Below, in pieces: positions 48,401-61,500 of a stretch of 64,000 nucleotides of DNA. Both the position numbers and the translations under genes were made by a program. The stretch comes from Leptogorgia sarmentosa (Eukaryota), in contig OZ210885.1 in assembly GCA_964658305.1 (NCBI GenBank), forward strand, positions 16,988,001 to 17,052,000, written 5' to 3'. Below the pieces are notes generated by a model, which was given only the letters and a program-made list of their open reading frames with translations, ran no database searches and was not told the DNA's origin. Position 1 is the stretch's first letter; each line of letters begins with the position of its first letter.

Positions 48401-51400
48401 CATCAACAAATGTCTACGACCATACCAGTAGGAAAATACCGGTTCTCGTCTGCTCACCGAAGTTAAGCCTAGGTGAGCAAAGTTAGTACTTTGATGGGTG
48501 ACCACCTGGGAATACTTTGTATTTAGACTTGCTTCATTTTATTGTATGTGTGTTTGTAAATAGGTTTGCTTTCAATGTAAACTTCAGGGATTTTTTTATT
48601 GCTACATCTCGAAATACTTTGTATTGTTGTTTTGCTAAATGTTATTTAATGCCTATTTGTAAATATAATTCCTTTCAATTTCAAGTTCAGGGTTTTGTTA
48701 TTGTTACACGTTTAAAAAATGTAACTTCCATCAACCGATGTCTACGACCATACCAGTAGGAAAATACCGGTTCTCGTCTGATCACCGAAGTTAAGCCTAG
48801 GTGGGCAAAGTTAGTACTTGGATGGGTGACCACCTGGGAATACTTTGTGTTGTAGACTTGCTTCATTTTATTGTATGTGTGTTTGTAAATAGGTTTGCTT
48901 TCAATTTCAACTTCAGGGTTTTGTTATTGTTACACGTTTAAAAAGTGTTACTTCCATCAACAAATGTCTACGACCATACCAGTAGGAAAATACCAGTTCT
49001 CGTCTGATCACCGAAGTTAAGCCTACGTGGGCAAAGTTAGTACTTGGATGGGTGACCACCTGGGAATACTTTGTGTTGTAGACTTGCTTCATTTTATTGT
49101 ATGTGTGTTTGTAAATAGGTTTGCTTTCAATTTCAACTTCAGGGTTTTGTTATTGTTACACGTTTAAAATGTGTAACTTCCATCAACAAATGTCAACGAC
49201 CATACCAGTAGGAAAATACCGGTTCTCGTCTGATCACCGAAGTTAAGCCTAGGTGGGCAAAGTTAGTACTTGGATGAGTGACCACCTGGGAGTACTTTGT
49301 GTTGTAGACTTGCTTCATTTTATTGTATGTGTGTTTGTAAATAGGTTTGCTTTCAATGTAAACTTCAGGGATTTTGTTATTGCTACATCTGGAAATACTT
49401 TGTATTGTTGTTTTGCTAAATGTTATTTAATGCCTATTTGTAAATATAATTTCTTTCAATTTCAACTTCAGGGTTTTGTTATTGTTACACATTTAAAAAG
49501 TGTTACTTCCATCAAGAAATGCTACGACCATACCAGTAGGAAAATACCGGTTCTCGTCTGATCACCGAAGTTAAGCCTAGGTGGGCAAAGTTAGTACTTG
49601 GATGGGTGACCACCTGGGAATACTTTGTGTTGTAGACTTGCTTCATTTTATTGTATGTGTGTTTGTAAATAGGTTTGCCTTCAATTTCAACTTCAGGGTT
49701 TTGTTATTGTTACACGTTTAAAAAGTGTTACTTCCATCAACAAATGTCTACGACCATACCAGTAGGAAAATACCAGTTCTCGTCTGATCACCGAAGTTAA
49801 GCCTACTTGGGCAAAGTTAGTACTTGGATGGGTGACCACCTGGGAATACTTTGTGTTGTAGACTTGCTTCATTTTATTGTATGTGTGTTTGTAAATAGGT
49901 TTGCTTTCAATTTCAACTTCAGGGTTTTGTTATTGTTACACGTTTAAAATGTGTAACTTCCATCAACAAATGTCAACGACCATACCAGTAGGAAAATACC
50001 GGTTCTCGTCTGATCACCGAAGTTAAGCCTAGGTGGGTAAAGTTAGTACTTGGATGAGTGACCACCTGGGAGTACTTTGTGTTGTAGACTTGCTTCATTT
50101 TATTGTATGTGTGTTTGTAAATAGGTTTGCTTTCAATGTAAACTTCAGGGATTTTGTTATTGCTACATCTGGAAATACTTTGTATTGTTGTTTTGCTAAA
50201 TGTTATTTAATGCCTATTTGTAAATATAATTCCTTTCAATTTCAACTTCAGGGTTTTGTTATTGTTACACGTTTAAAAAATGTAACTTCCATCAACAAAT
50301 GTCTACGACCATACCATTGGGAAAATACCGGTTCTCGTCTCATCACCGAAGTTAAGCCTAGGTGGGCAAAGTTAGTACTTGGATGGGTGACCACCTGGGA
50401 ATACTTTGTGTTGTAGACTTGCTTCATTTTATTGTATGTGTGTTTGTAAATAGGTTTGCTTTCAATTTCAACTTCAGGGTTTTGTTATTGTTACATGTTT
50501 AAAAAGTGTAACTTCCATCAACAAATGTCTACGACCATACCAGTAGGAAAATACCGGTTCTCGTCTGCTCACCGAAGTTAAGCCTAGGTGGGCAAAGTTA
50601 GTACTTTGATGGGTGACCAGCTGGGAATACTTTGTGTTTAGACTTCCTTCATTTTATTGTATGTGTGTTTGTAAATAGGTTTGCTTTCAATGTAAACTTC
50701 AGGGATTTTTTTATTGCTACATCTCGAAATACTTTGTATTGTTGTTTTGCTAAATGTTATTTAATGCCTATTTGTAAATATAATTCCTTTCAATTTCAAG
50801 TTCAGGGTTTTGTTATTGTTACACGTTTAAAAAATGTAACTTCCATCAACAGATGTCTACGACCATACCAATAGGAAAATACCGGTTCTCGTCTGATCAC
50901 CGAAGTTAAGCCTAGGTGGGCAAAGTTAGTACTTGGATGGGTGACCACCTGGGAATACTTTGTGTTGTAGACTTGCTTCATTTTATTGTATGTGTGTTTG
51001 TAAATAGGTTTGCTTTGAATTTCAACTTCAGGGTTTTGTTATTGTTACACGTTTAAAAAGTGTTACTTCCATCAACAAATGTCTACGACCATACCAGTAG
51101 GAAAATACCGGTTCTCGTCTGATCACCGAAGTTAAGCCTAGGTGGGCAAAGTTAGTACTTGGATGGGTGACCACCTGGGAATACTTTGTGTTGTAGACTT
51201 GCTTCATTTTATTGTATGTGTGTTTGTAAATAGGTTTGCTTTCAATTTCAACTTCAGGGTTTTGTTATTGTTACATTTTTAAAAAGTGTAACTTCCATCA
51301 ACAAATGTCTATGACCATACCAGTAGGAAAATACCAGTTCTCGTCTGATCACCGAAGTTAAGCCTACGTGGGCAAAGTTAGTACTTGGATGGGTGACCAC

Positions 51401-52599
51401 CTGGGAATACTTTGTGTTGTAGACTTGCTTCATTTTATTGTATGTGTGTTTGTAAATAGGTTTGCTTTCAATTTTAACTTCAGGGTTTTGTTATTGTTAC
51501 ACGTTTAAAATGTGTAACTTCCATCAACAAATGTCAACGACCATACCAGTAGGAAAATACCGGTTCTCGTCTGATCACCGAAGTTAAGCCTAGGTGGGCA
51601 AAGTTAGTACTTGGATGAGTGACCACCTGGGAGTACTTTGTGTTGTAGACTTGCTTCATTTTATTGTATGTGTGTTTGTAAATAGGTTTGCTTTCAATGT
51701 AAACTTCAGGGATTTTGTTATTGCTACATCTGGAAATACTTTGTATTGTTGTTTTGCTAAATGTTATTTAATGCCTATTTGTAAATATAATTCCTTTCAA
51801 TTTCAACTTCAGGGTTTTGTTATTGTTACACGTTTAAAAAGTGTTACTTCCATCAACAAATGCTACGACCATACCAGTAGGAAAATACCGGTTCTCGTCT
51901 GGTCACCGAAGTTAAGTCTAGGTGGGCAAAGTTAGTACTTGGATGGGTGACCACCTGGGAATACTTTGTGTTGTAGACTTGCTTCATTTTATTGTATGAG
52001 TGTTTGTAAATAGGTTTGCTTTCAATTTCAACTTCAGGGTTTTGTTATTGTTACATGTTTAAAAAGTGTAACTTGCATCAACAAAGGTCTACGACCATAC
52101 CAGTAGGAAAATACCAGTTCTCGTTTGCTCACCGAAGTTAAGCCTAGGTGGGCAAAGTTAGTACTTTGATGGGTGACCACCTGGGAATACTTTGTGTTTA
52201 GACTTGCTTCATTTTATTGTATGTGTGTTTGTAAATAGGTTTGCTTTCAATGTAAACTTCAGGGATTTTTTTATTGCTACATCTGGAAATACTTTGTATT
52301 GTTGTTTTGCTAAATGTTATTTAATGCCTATTTGTAAATATAATTCCTTTCAATTTCAACTTCAGGGTTTTGTTATTGTTACACGTTTAAAAAATGTAAC
52401 TTCCATCAACAAATGTCTACGACCATACCAGTAGGAAAATACCGGTTCTCGTCTCATCACCGAAGTTAAGCCTAGGTGGGCAAAGTTAGTACTTGGATGG
52501 GTGACCACCTGGGAATACTTTGTGTTGTAGACTTGCTTCATTTTATTGTATGTGTGTTTGTAAATAGGTTTGCTTTCAATTTCAACTTCAGGGTTTTGT

Positions 52600-55500
52600 T
52601 ATTGTTACATGTTTAAAAAGTGTAACTTCCATCAACAAATGTCTACGACCATACCAGTAGGAAAATACCGGTTCTCGTCTGCTCACCGAAGTTAAGCCTA
52701 GGTGGGCAAAGTTAGTACTTTGATGGGTGACCACCTGGGAATACTTTGTGTTTAGACTTGCTTCATTTTATTGTATGTGTGTTTGTAAATAGGTTTGCTT
52801 TCAATGTAAACTTCAGGGATTTTTTTATTGCTACATCTCGAAATACTTTGTATTGTTGTTTTGCTAAATGTTATTTAATGCCTATTTGTAAATATAATTC
52901 CTTTCAATTTCAAGTTCAGGGTTTTGTTATTGTTACACGTTTAAAAAATGTAACTTCCATCAACAGATGTCTACGACCATACCAATAGGAAAATACCGGT
53001 TCTCGTCTGATCACCGAAGTTAAGCCTAGGTGGGCAAAGTTAGTACTTGGATGGGTGACCACCTGGGAATACTTTGTGTTGTAGACTTGCTTCATTTTAT
53101 TGTATGTGTGTTTGTAAATAGGTTTGCTTTCAATTTCAACTTCAGGGTTTTGTTATTGTTACACGTTTAAAAAGTGTAACTTCCATCAACAAATGTCTAC
53201 GACCATACCAGTAAGAAAATACCGGTTCTCGTCTGATCACCGAAGTTAAGCCTAGGTGGGCATAGTTAGTACTTGGATGGGTGACCACCTGGGAATACTT
53301 TGTGTTGTAGACTTGCTTCATTTTATTGTATGTGTGTTTGTAAATAGGTTTGCTTTGAATTTCAACTTCAGGGTTTTGTTATTGTTACACGTTTAAAAAG
53401 TGTTACTTCCATCAACAAATGTCTACGACCATACCAGTAGGAAAATACCGGTTCTCGTCTGATCACCGAAGTTAAGCCTAGGTGGGCAAAGTTAGTACTT
53501 GGATGGGTGACCACCTGGGAATACTTTGTGTTGTAGACTTGCTTCATTTTATTGTATGTGTGTTTGTAAATAGGTTTGCTTTCAATTTCAACTTCAGGGT
53601 TTTGTTATTGTTACATTTTTAAAAAGTGTAACTTCCATCAACAAATGTCTATGACCATACCAGTAGGAAAATACCAGTTCTCGTCTGATCACCGAAGTTA
53701 AGCCTAGGTGGGCAAATTAGTACTTGGATGGGTGACCACCTGGGAATACTTTGTGTTGTAGACTTGCTTCATTTTATTGTATGTGTGTTTGTAAATAGGT
53801 TTGCTTTCAATTTCAACTTCAGGGTTTTGTTATTGTTACACGTTTAAAATGTGTAACTTCCATCAACAAATGTCAACGACCATACCAGTAGGAAAATACC
53901 GGTTCTCGTCTGATCACCGAAGTTAAGCCTAGTTGGGCAAAGTTAGTACTTGGATGGGTGACTACCTGGGAATACTTTGTGTTGTAGACTTGCTTCATTT
54001 TACTGTATGTGTGTTTGTAAATAGGTTTGCTTTAAATGTAAACTTCAGGGATTTTGTTATTGCTACATCTGGAAATACTTTGTATTGTTGTTTTGCTAAA
54101 TGTTATTTAATGCCTATTTGTAAATATAATTCCTTTCAATTTCAACTTCAGGGTTTTGTTATTGTTACACGTTTAAAAAATGTAACTTCCATCAACAAAT
54201 GGTACGACCATACCAGTAGGAAAATACCGGTTCTCGTTTGATCACCGAAGTTAAGCCTAGGTGGGCAAAGTTAGTACTTGGATGGCTGACCACCTGGGAA
54301 TACTTTGTGTTGTAGACTTGCTTCATTTTATTGTATGTGTGTTTGTAAATAGGTTTGCGTTCAATTTCAACTTCAGGGTTTTGTTATTGTTACACGTTTA
54401 AAAAGTGTAACTTCCCTCAACAAATGTCTACGACCATACCAGTAGGAAAATACCGGTTCTCGTCTGATCACCGAAGTTAAGCCTAGGTGGGCAAAGTTAG
54501 TACTTGGATGGGTGACCACCTGGGAATACTTTGTGTTGTAGACTTGCTTCATTTTATTGTATGTGTGTTTGTAAATAGGTTTGCTTTCAATTTCAACTTC
54601 AGGGTTTTGTTATTGTTACACGTTTAAAAAGTGTTACTTCCATCAACAAATGCTACGACCATACCAGTAGGAAAATACCGGTTCTCGTCTGATCACCGAA
54701 GTTAAGCCTAGGTGGGCAAGTTAGTACGTGGATGGGTGACCACCTGGGAATACTTTGTGTTGTAGAGTTGCTTCATTTTATTGTATGTGTGTTTGTAAAT
54801 AGGTTTGCTTTCAATTTCAACTTCAGGGTTTTGTTATTGTTACACGTTTAAAAAGTGTAACTTCCATCAACAAATGTCTACGACCATACCAGCAGGAAAA
54901 TACCGGTTCTTGTCTGATCACCGAAGTTAAGCCTAGGTGGGCAAGTTAGTACTTGGATGGGTGACCACCTGGGAATACTTTGTGTTGTAGACTTGCTTCA
55001 TTTTATTGTATGTGTGTTTGTAAATAGGTTTGCTTTCAATGTGAACTTCAGGGGTTTTGTTATTGCTACATCTGGAAATACTTTGTATTGTTGTTATGCT
55101 AAATTTTATTTAATGCCTATTTGTAAATAGGTTTGCTTTCAATTTCAACTTCAGGGTTTTGTTATTGTTACATGTTTAAAAAGTGTAACTTCCATCAACA
55201 AATGTCTACGACCATACCAGTAGGAAAATACCAGTTCTTGTCTGATCACCAAAGTTAAGCCTAGGTGGGCAAGTTAGTACTTGGATGGGTGACCACCTGC
55301 GAATACTTTGTGTTGTAGACTTGCTTCATTTTATTGTATGTGTGTTTGTAAATAGGTTTGCTTTCAATTTCAACTTCAGGGTTTTGTTATTGTTACATGT
55401 TTAAAAAGTCTAACTTCCATCAACAAATGTCTACGACCATACCAGTAGGAAAATACCAGTTCTTGTCTGATCACCAAAGTTAAGCCTAGGTGGGCAAGTT

Positions 55501-58500
55501 AGTACTTGGATGGGTGACCACCTGGGAATACTTTGTGTTGTAGACTTGCTTCATTTTATTGTATGTGTGTTTGTAAATAGGTTTGCTTTCAATTTCAAGT
55601 TCAGGGTTTTGTTATTGTTACACGTTTAAAAAATGTAACTTCCATCAACAGATGTCTACGACCATACCAATACGAAAATACCGGTTCTCGTCTGATCACC
55701 GAAGTTAAGCCTAGGTGGGCAAAGTTAGTACTTGGATGGGTGACCACCTGGGAATACTTTGTGTTGTAGACTTGCTTCATTTTATTGTATGTGTGTTTGT
55801 AAATAGGTTTGCTTTCAATTTCAACTTCAGGGTTTTGTTATTGTTACATGTTTAAAAAGTGTAACTTCCATCAACAAATGTCTACGACCATACCACTAGG
55901 AAAATACCGGTTCTCGTCTGCTCACCGAAGTTAAGCCTAGGTGGGCAAAGTTAGTACTTTGATGGGTGACCACCTGGGAATACTTTGTGTTTAGACTTGC
56001 TTCATTTTATTGTATGTGTGTTTGTAAATAGGTTTGCTTTCAATGTAAACTTCAGGGATTTTTTTATTGCTACATCTCGAAATACTTTGTATTGTTGTTT
56101 TGCTAAATGTTATTTAATGCCTATTTGTAAATATAATTCCTTTCAATTTCAAGTTGAGGGTTTTGTTATTGTTACACGTTTAAAAAATGTAACTTCCATC
56201 AACAGATGTCTACGACCATACCAATAGGAAAATACCGGTTCTCGTCTGATCACCGAAGTTAAGCCTAGGTGGGCAAAGTTAGTACTTGGATGGGTGACCA
56301 CCTGGGAATACTTTGTGTTGTAGACTTGCTTCATTTTATTGTATGTGTGTTTGTAAATAGGTTTGCTTTCAATTTCAACTTCAGGGTTTTGTTATTGTTA
56401 CACGTTTAAAAAGTGTAACTTCCATCAACAAATGTCTACGACCATACCAGTAAGAAAATACCGGTTCTCGTCTGATCACCGAAGTTAAGCCTAGGTGGGC
56501 ATAGTTAGTACTTGGATGGGTGACCACCTGGGAATACTTTGTGTTGTAGACTTGCTTCATTTTATTGTATGTGTGTTTGTAAATAGGTTTGCTTTGAATT
56601 TCAACTTCAGGGTTTTGTTATTGTTACACGTTTAAAAAGTGTTACTTCCATCAACAAATGTCTACGACCATACCAGTAGGAAAATACCGGTTCTCGTCTG
56701 ATCACCGAAGTTAAGCCTAGGTGGGCAAAGTTAGTACTTGGATGGGTGACCACCTGGGAATACTTTGTGTTGTAGACTTGCTTCATTTTATTGTATGTGT
56801 GTTTGTAAATAGGTTTGCTTTCAATTTCAACTTCAGGGTTTTGTTATTGTTACATTTTTAAAAAGTGTAACTTCCATCAACAAATGTCTATGACCATACC
56901 AGTAGGAAAATACCAGTTTTCGTCTGATCACCGAAGTTAAGCCTAGGTGGGCAAATTAGTACTTGGATGGGTGACCACCTGGGAATACTTTGTGTTGTAG
57001 ACTTGCTTCATTTTATTGTATGTGTGTTTGTAAATCGGTTTGCTTTCAATTTCAACTTCAGGGTTTTGTTATTGTTACACGTTTAAAATGTGTAACTTCC
57101 ATCAACAAATGTCAACGACCATACCAGTAGGAAAATACCGGTTCTCGTCTGATCACCGAAGTTAAGCCTAGTTGGGCAAAGTTAGTACTTGGATGGGTGA
57201 CTACCTGGGAATACTTTGTGTTGTAGACTTGCTTCATTTTACTGTATGTGTGTTTGTAAATAGGTTTGCTTTAAATGTAAACTTCAGGGATTTTGTTATT
57301 GCTACATCTGGAAATACTTTGTATTGTTGTTTTGCTAAATGTTATTTAATGCCTATTTGTAAATATAATTCCTTTCAATTTCAACTTCAGGGTTTTGTTA
57401 TTGTTACACGTTTAAAAAATGTAACTTCCATCAACAAATGGTACGACCATACCAGTAGGAAAATACCGGTTCTCGTTTGATCATCGAAGTTAAGCCTAGG
57501 TGGGAAAAGTTAGTACTTGGATGGGTGACCACCTGGGAATACTTTGTGTTGTAGACTTGCTTCATTTTATTGTATGTGTGTTTGTAAATAGGTTTGCTTT
57601 CAATTTCAACTTCAGGGTTTTGTTATTGTTACATGTTTAAAAAGTGTAACTTCCATCAACAAATGCCTACGACCATACCAGTAGGAAAATACCGGTTCTC
57701 GTCTGATCACCGAAATTAAGCCTAGGTTGGCAAAGTTAGTACTTGGATGGGTGACTACCTGGGAATACTTTGTGTTGTAGACTTGCTTCATTTTATTGTA
57801 TGTGTGTTTGTAAATATAATTTCTTTCAATTTCAACTTCAGGGTTTTGTTATTGTTACACGTTTAAAAAGTGTAACTTCCATCAACAAATGTCTACGACC
57901 ATACCAGTAGGAAAATACCAGTTCTCGTCTGATCACCGAAGTTAAGCCTAGGTGGGCAAAGTTAGTACTTTGATGGGTGAGCACCTGGGAATACTTTGTG
58001 TTGTAGACTTGCTTCATTTTATTGTATGTGTGTTTGTAAATAGGTTTGCTTTAAATGTAAACTTCAGGGATTTTGTTATTGCTACATCTGGAAATACTTT
58101 GTATTGTTGTTTTGCTAAATGTTATTTAATGCCTATTTGTAAATATAATTCCTTTCAATTTCAACTTCAGGGTTTTGTTATTGTTACACGTTTAAAAAAT
58201 GTAACTTCCATCAACAAATGTCTACGACCATACCAGTAGGAAAATACCGGTTCTCGTCTGATCACCGAAGTTAAGCCTAGGTGGGCAAAGTTAGTACTTG
58301 GAAGGGTGACCACCTGGGAATACTTTGTGTTGTAGACTTGCTTCATTTTATTGTATGTGTGTTTGTAAATAGGTTTGCTTTCAATGTTAACTTAAGGGAT
58401 TTTGTTCTTGCTACATCTGGAAATACTTTGTATTGTTGTTTTGCTAAATGTTATTTAATGCCTATTTGTAAATATAATTCCTTTCAATTTCAACTTCAGG

Positions 58501-61500
58501 GTTTTGTTATTGTTACATGTTTAAAAAGTGTTACTTGCATCAACAAATGTCTACGACCATACCAGTAGGAAAATACCGGTTCTCGTCTGATCACCGAAGT
58601 TAAGTCTAGGTGGGCAAAGTTAGTACTTGGATGGGTGACCACCTGGGAATACTTTGTGTTGTAGACTTCCTTCTTTCTATTGTATGTGTGTTTGTAAATA
58701 GGTTTGCTTTCAATTTCAACTTCAGGGTTTTGTTATTGTTACACGTTTAAAAAGTGTTACTTCCATCAACAAAATGTCTACGACCATACCAGTAGGAAAA
58801 TACCGGTTCTCGTCTGATCACCGAAGTCAAGCCTAGGTGGGCAAAGTTAGTACTTGGATGGGTGACTACCTGGGAATACTTTGTGTTGTAGACTTGCTTC
58901 ATTTTATTGTATGTGTGTTTGTAAATAGGTTTGCTTTCAATTTCAACTTCAGGGTTTTGTTATTGTTACACGTTCAAAAAGTGTAACTTCCATCAACAAA
59001 TGTCTACGACCATACCAGTAGGAAAATACTGGTTCTTGTCTGATCACCGAAGTTAAGGCTAGGTGGGCAAAGTTTAGTACTTGGATGGGTGACCACCTGG
59101 GAATACTTTGTGTTGTAGACTTGCTTCATTTTATTGTATGTGTGTTTGTAAATAGGTTTGCTTTCAATTTCAACTTCAGGGTTTTGTTATTGTTACATGT
59201 TTAAAAAGTCTAACTTCCATCAACAAATGTCTACGACCATACCAGTAAAAAAATACCGGTTCTCGACTGATCACCGAAGTTAAGCCTAGGTGGGCAAAGT
59301 TAGTACTTGGATGGGTGACCACCTGCGAATACTTTGTATTGTAGACTTGCTTCATTTTATTGTATGTGTGTTTGTAAATATAATTTCTTTCAATTTCAAC
59401 TTCAGGGTTTTGTTATTGTTACACGTTTAAAAAGTGTAACTTCCATCAACAAACGCTACGACCATACCAGTAGGAAAATACCGGTTCTCGTCTGATCACC
59501 GAAGTTAAGCCTAGGTGGGCAAAGTTAGTACTTGGATGGATAACCACCTGCGAATACTTTGTGTTGTAGACTTGCTTCATTTTATTGTATGTGTGTTTGT
59601 AAATAGGTTTGCTTTCAATTTCAAATTCAGGGTTTTGTTATTGTTACACGTTTAAAATGTGTAACTTCCATCAACAAATGTCTACGACCATACCAGTAGG
59701 AAAATACCGGTTCTCGTGTGATCACCGAAGTTAAGCCTAGGTGGGCAAAGTTAGTACTTGGATGGCTGACCACCTGGGAATACTTTGTGTTGTAGACTTG
59801 CTTCATTTTATTGTATGTGTGTTTGTAAATAGGTTTGCTTTCAATTTCAACTTCAGGGTTTTGTTATTGTTACACGTTTAAAAAGTGTAACTTCCCTCAA
59901 CAAATGTCTACGACCATACCAGTAGGAAAATACCGGTTCTCGTCTGATCACCGAAGTTAAGCCTAGGTGGGCAAAGTTAGTACTTGGATGGGTGACCACC
60001 TGGGAATACTTTGTGTTGTAGACTTGCTTCATTTTATTGTATGTGTGTTTGTAAATAGGTTTGCTTTCAATTTCAACTTCAGGGTTTTGTTATTGTTACA
60101 CGTTTAAAAAGTGTTACTTCCAACAACAAATGTCTACGACCATACCACTAGGAAAATACCGGTTCTCGTCTGCTCACCGAAGTTAAGCCTAGGTGGGCAA
60201 AGTTAGTACTTTGATGGGTGACCACCTGGGAATACTTTGTGTTTAGACTTGCTTCATTTTATTGTATGTGTGTTTGTAAATAGGTTTGCTTTCAATGTAA
60301 ACTTCAGGGATTTTTTTATTGCTACATCTCGAAATACTTTGTATTGTTGTTTTGCTAAATGTTATTTAATGCCTATTTGTAAATATAATTCCTTTCAATT
60401 TCAAGTTCAGGGTTTTGTTATTGTTACACGTTTAAAAAATGTAACTTCCATCAACAGATGTCTACGACCATACCAATAGGAAAATACCGGTTCTCGTCTG
60501 ATCACCGAAGTTAAGCCTAGGTGGGCAAAGTTAGTACTTGGATGGGTGACCACCTGGGAATACTTTGTGTTGTAGACTTGCTTCATTTTATTGTATGTGT
60601 GTTTGTAAATAGGTTTGCTTTCAATTTCAACTTCAGGGTTTTGTTATTGTTACATGTTTAAAAAGTGTAACTTCCATCAACAAATGTCTACGACCATACC
60701 ACTAGGAAAATACCGGTTCTCGTCTGCTCACCGAAGTTAAGCCTAGGTGGGCAAAGTTAGTACTTTGATGGGTGACCACCTGGGAATACTTTGTGTTTAG
60801 ACTTGCTTCATTTTATTGTATGTGTGTTTGTAAATAGGTTTGCTTTCAATGTAAACTTCAGGGATTTTTTTATTGCTACATCTCGAAATACTTTGTATTG
60901 TTGTTTTGCTAAATGTTATTTAATGCCTATTTGTAAATATAATTCCTTTCAATTTCAAGTTCAGGGTTTTGTTATTGTTACACGTTTAAAAAATGTAACT
61001 TCCATCAACAGATGTCTACGACCATACCAATAGGAAAATACCGGTTCTCGTCTGATCACCGAAGTTAAGCCTAGGTGGGCAAAGTTAGTACTTGGATGGG
61101 TGACCACCTGGGAATACTTTGTGTTGTAGACTTGCTTCATTTTATTGTATGTGTGTTTGTAAATAGGTTTGCTTTCAATTTCAACTTCAGGGTTTTGTTA
61201 TTGTTACACGTTTAAAAAGTGTAACTTCCATCCACAAATGTCTACGACCATACCAGCAAGAAAATACCGGTTCTCGTCTGATCACCGAAGTTAAGCCTAG
61301 GTGGGCATAGTTAGTACTTGGATGGGTGACCACCTGGGAATACTTTGTGTTGTAGACTTGCTTCATTTTATTGTATGTGTGTTTGTAAATAGGTTTGCTT
61401 TGAATTTCAACTTCAGGGTTTTGTTATTGTTACACGTTTAAAAAGTGTTACTTCCATCAACAAATGTCTACGACCATACCAGTAGGAAAATACCGGTTCT

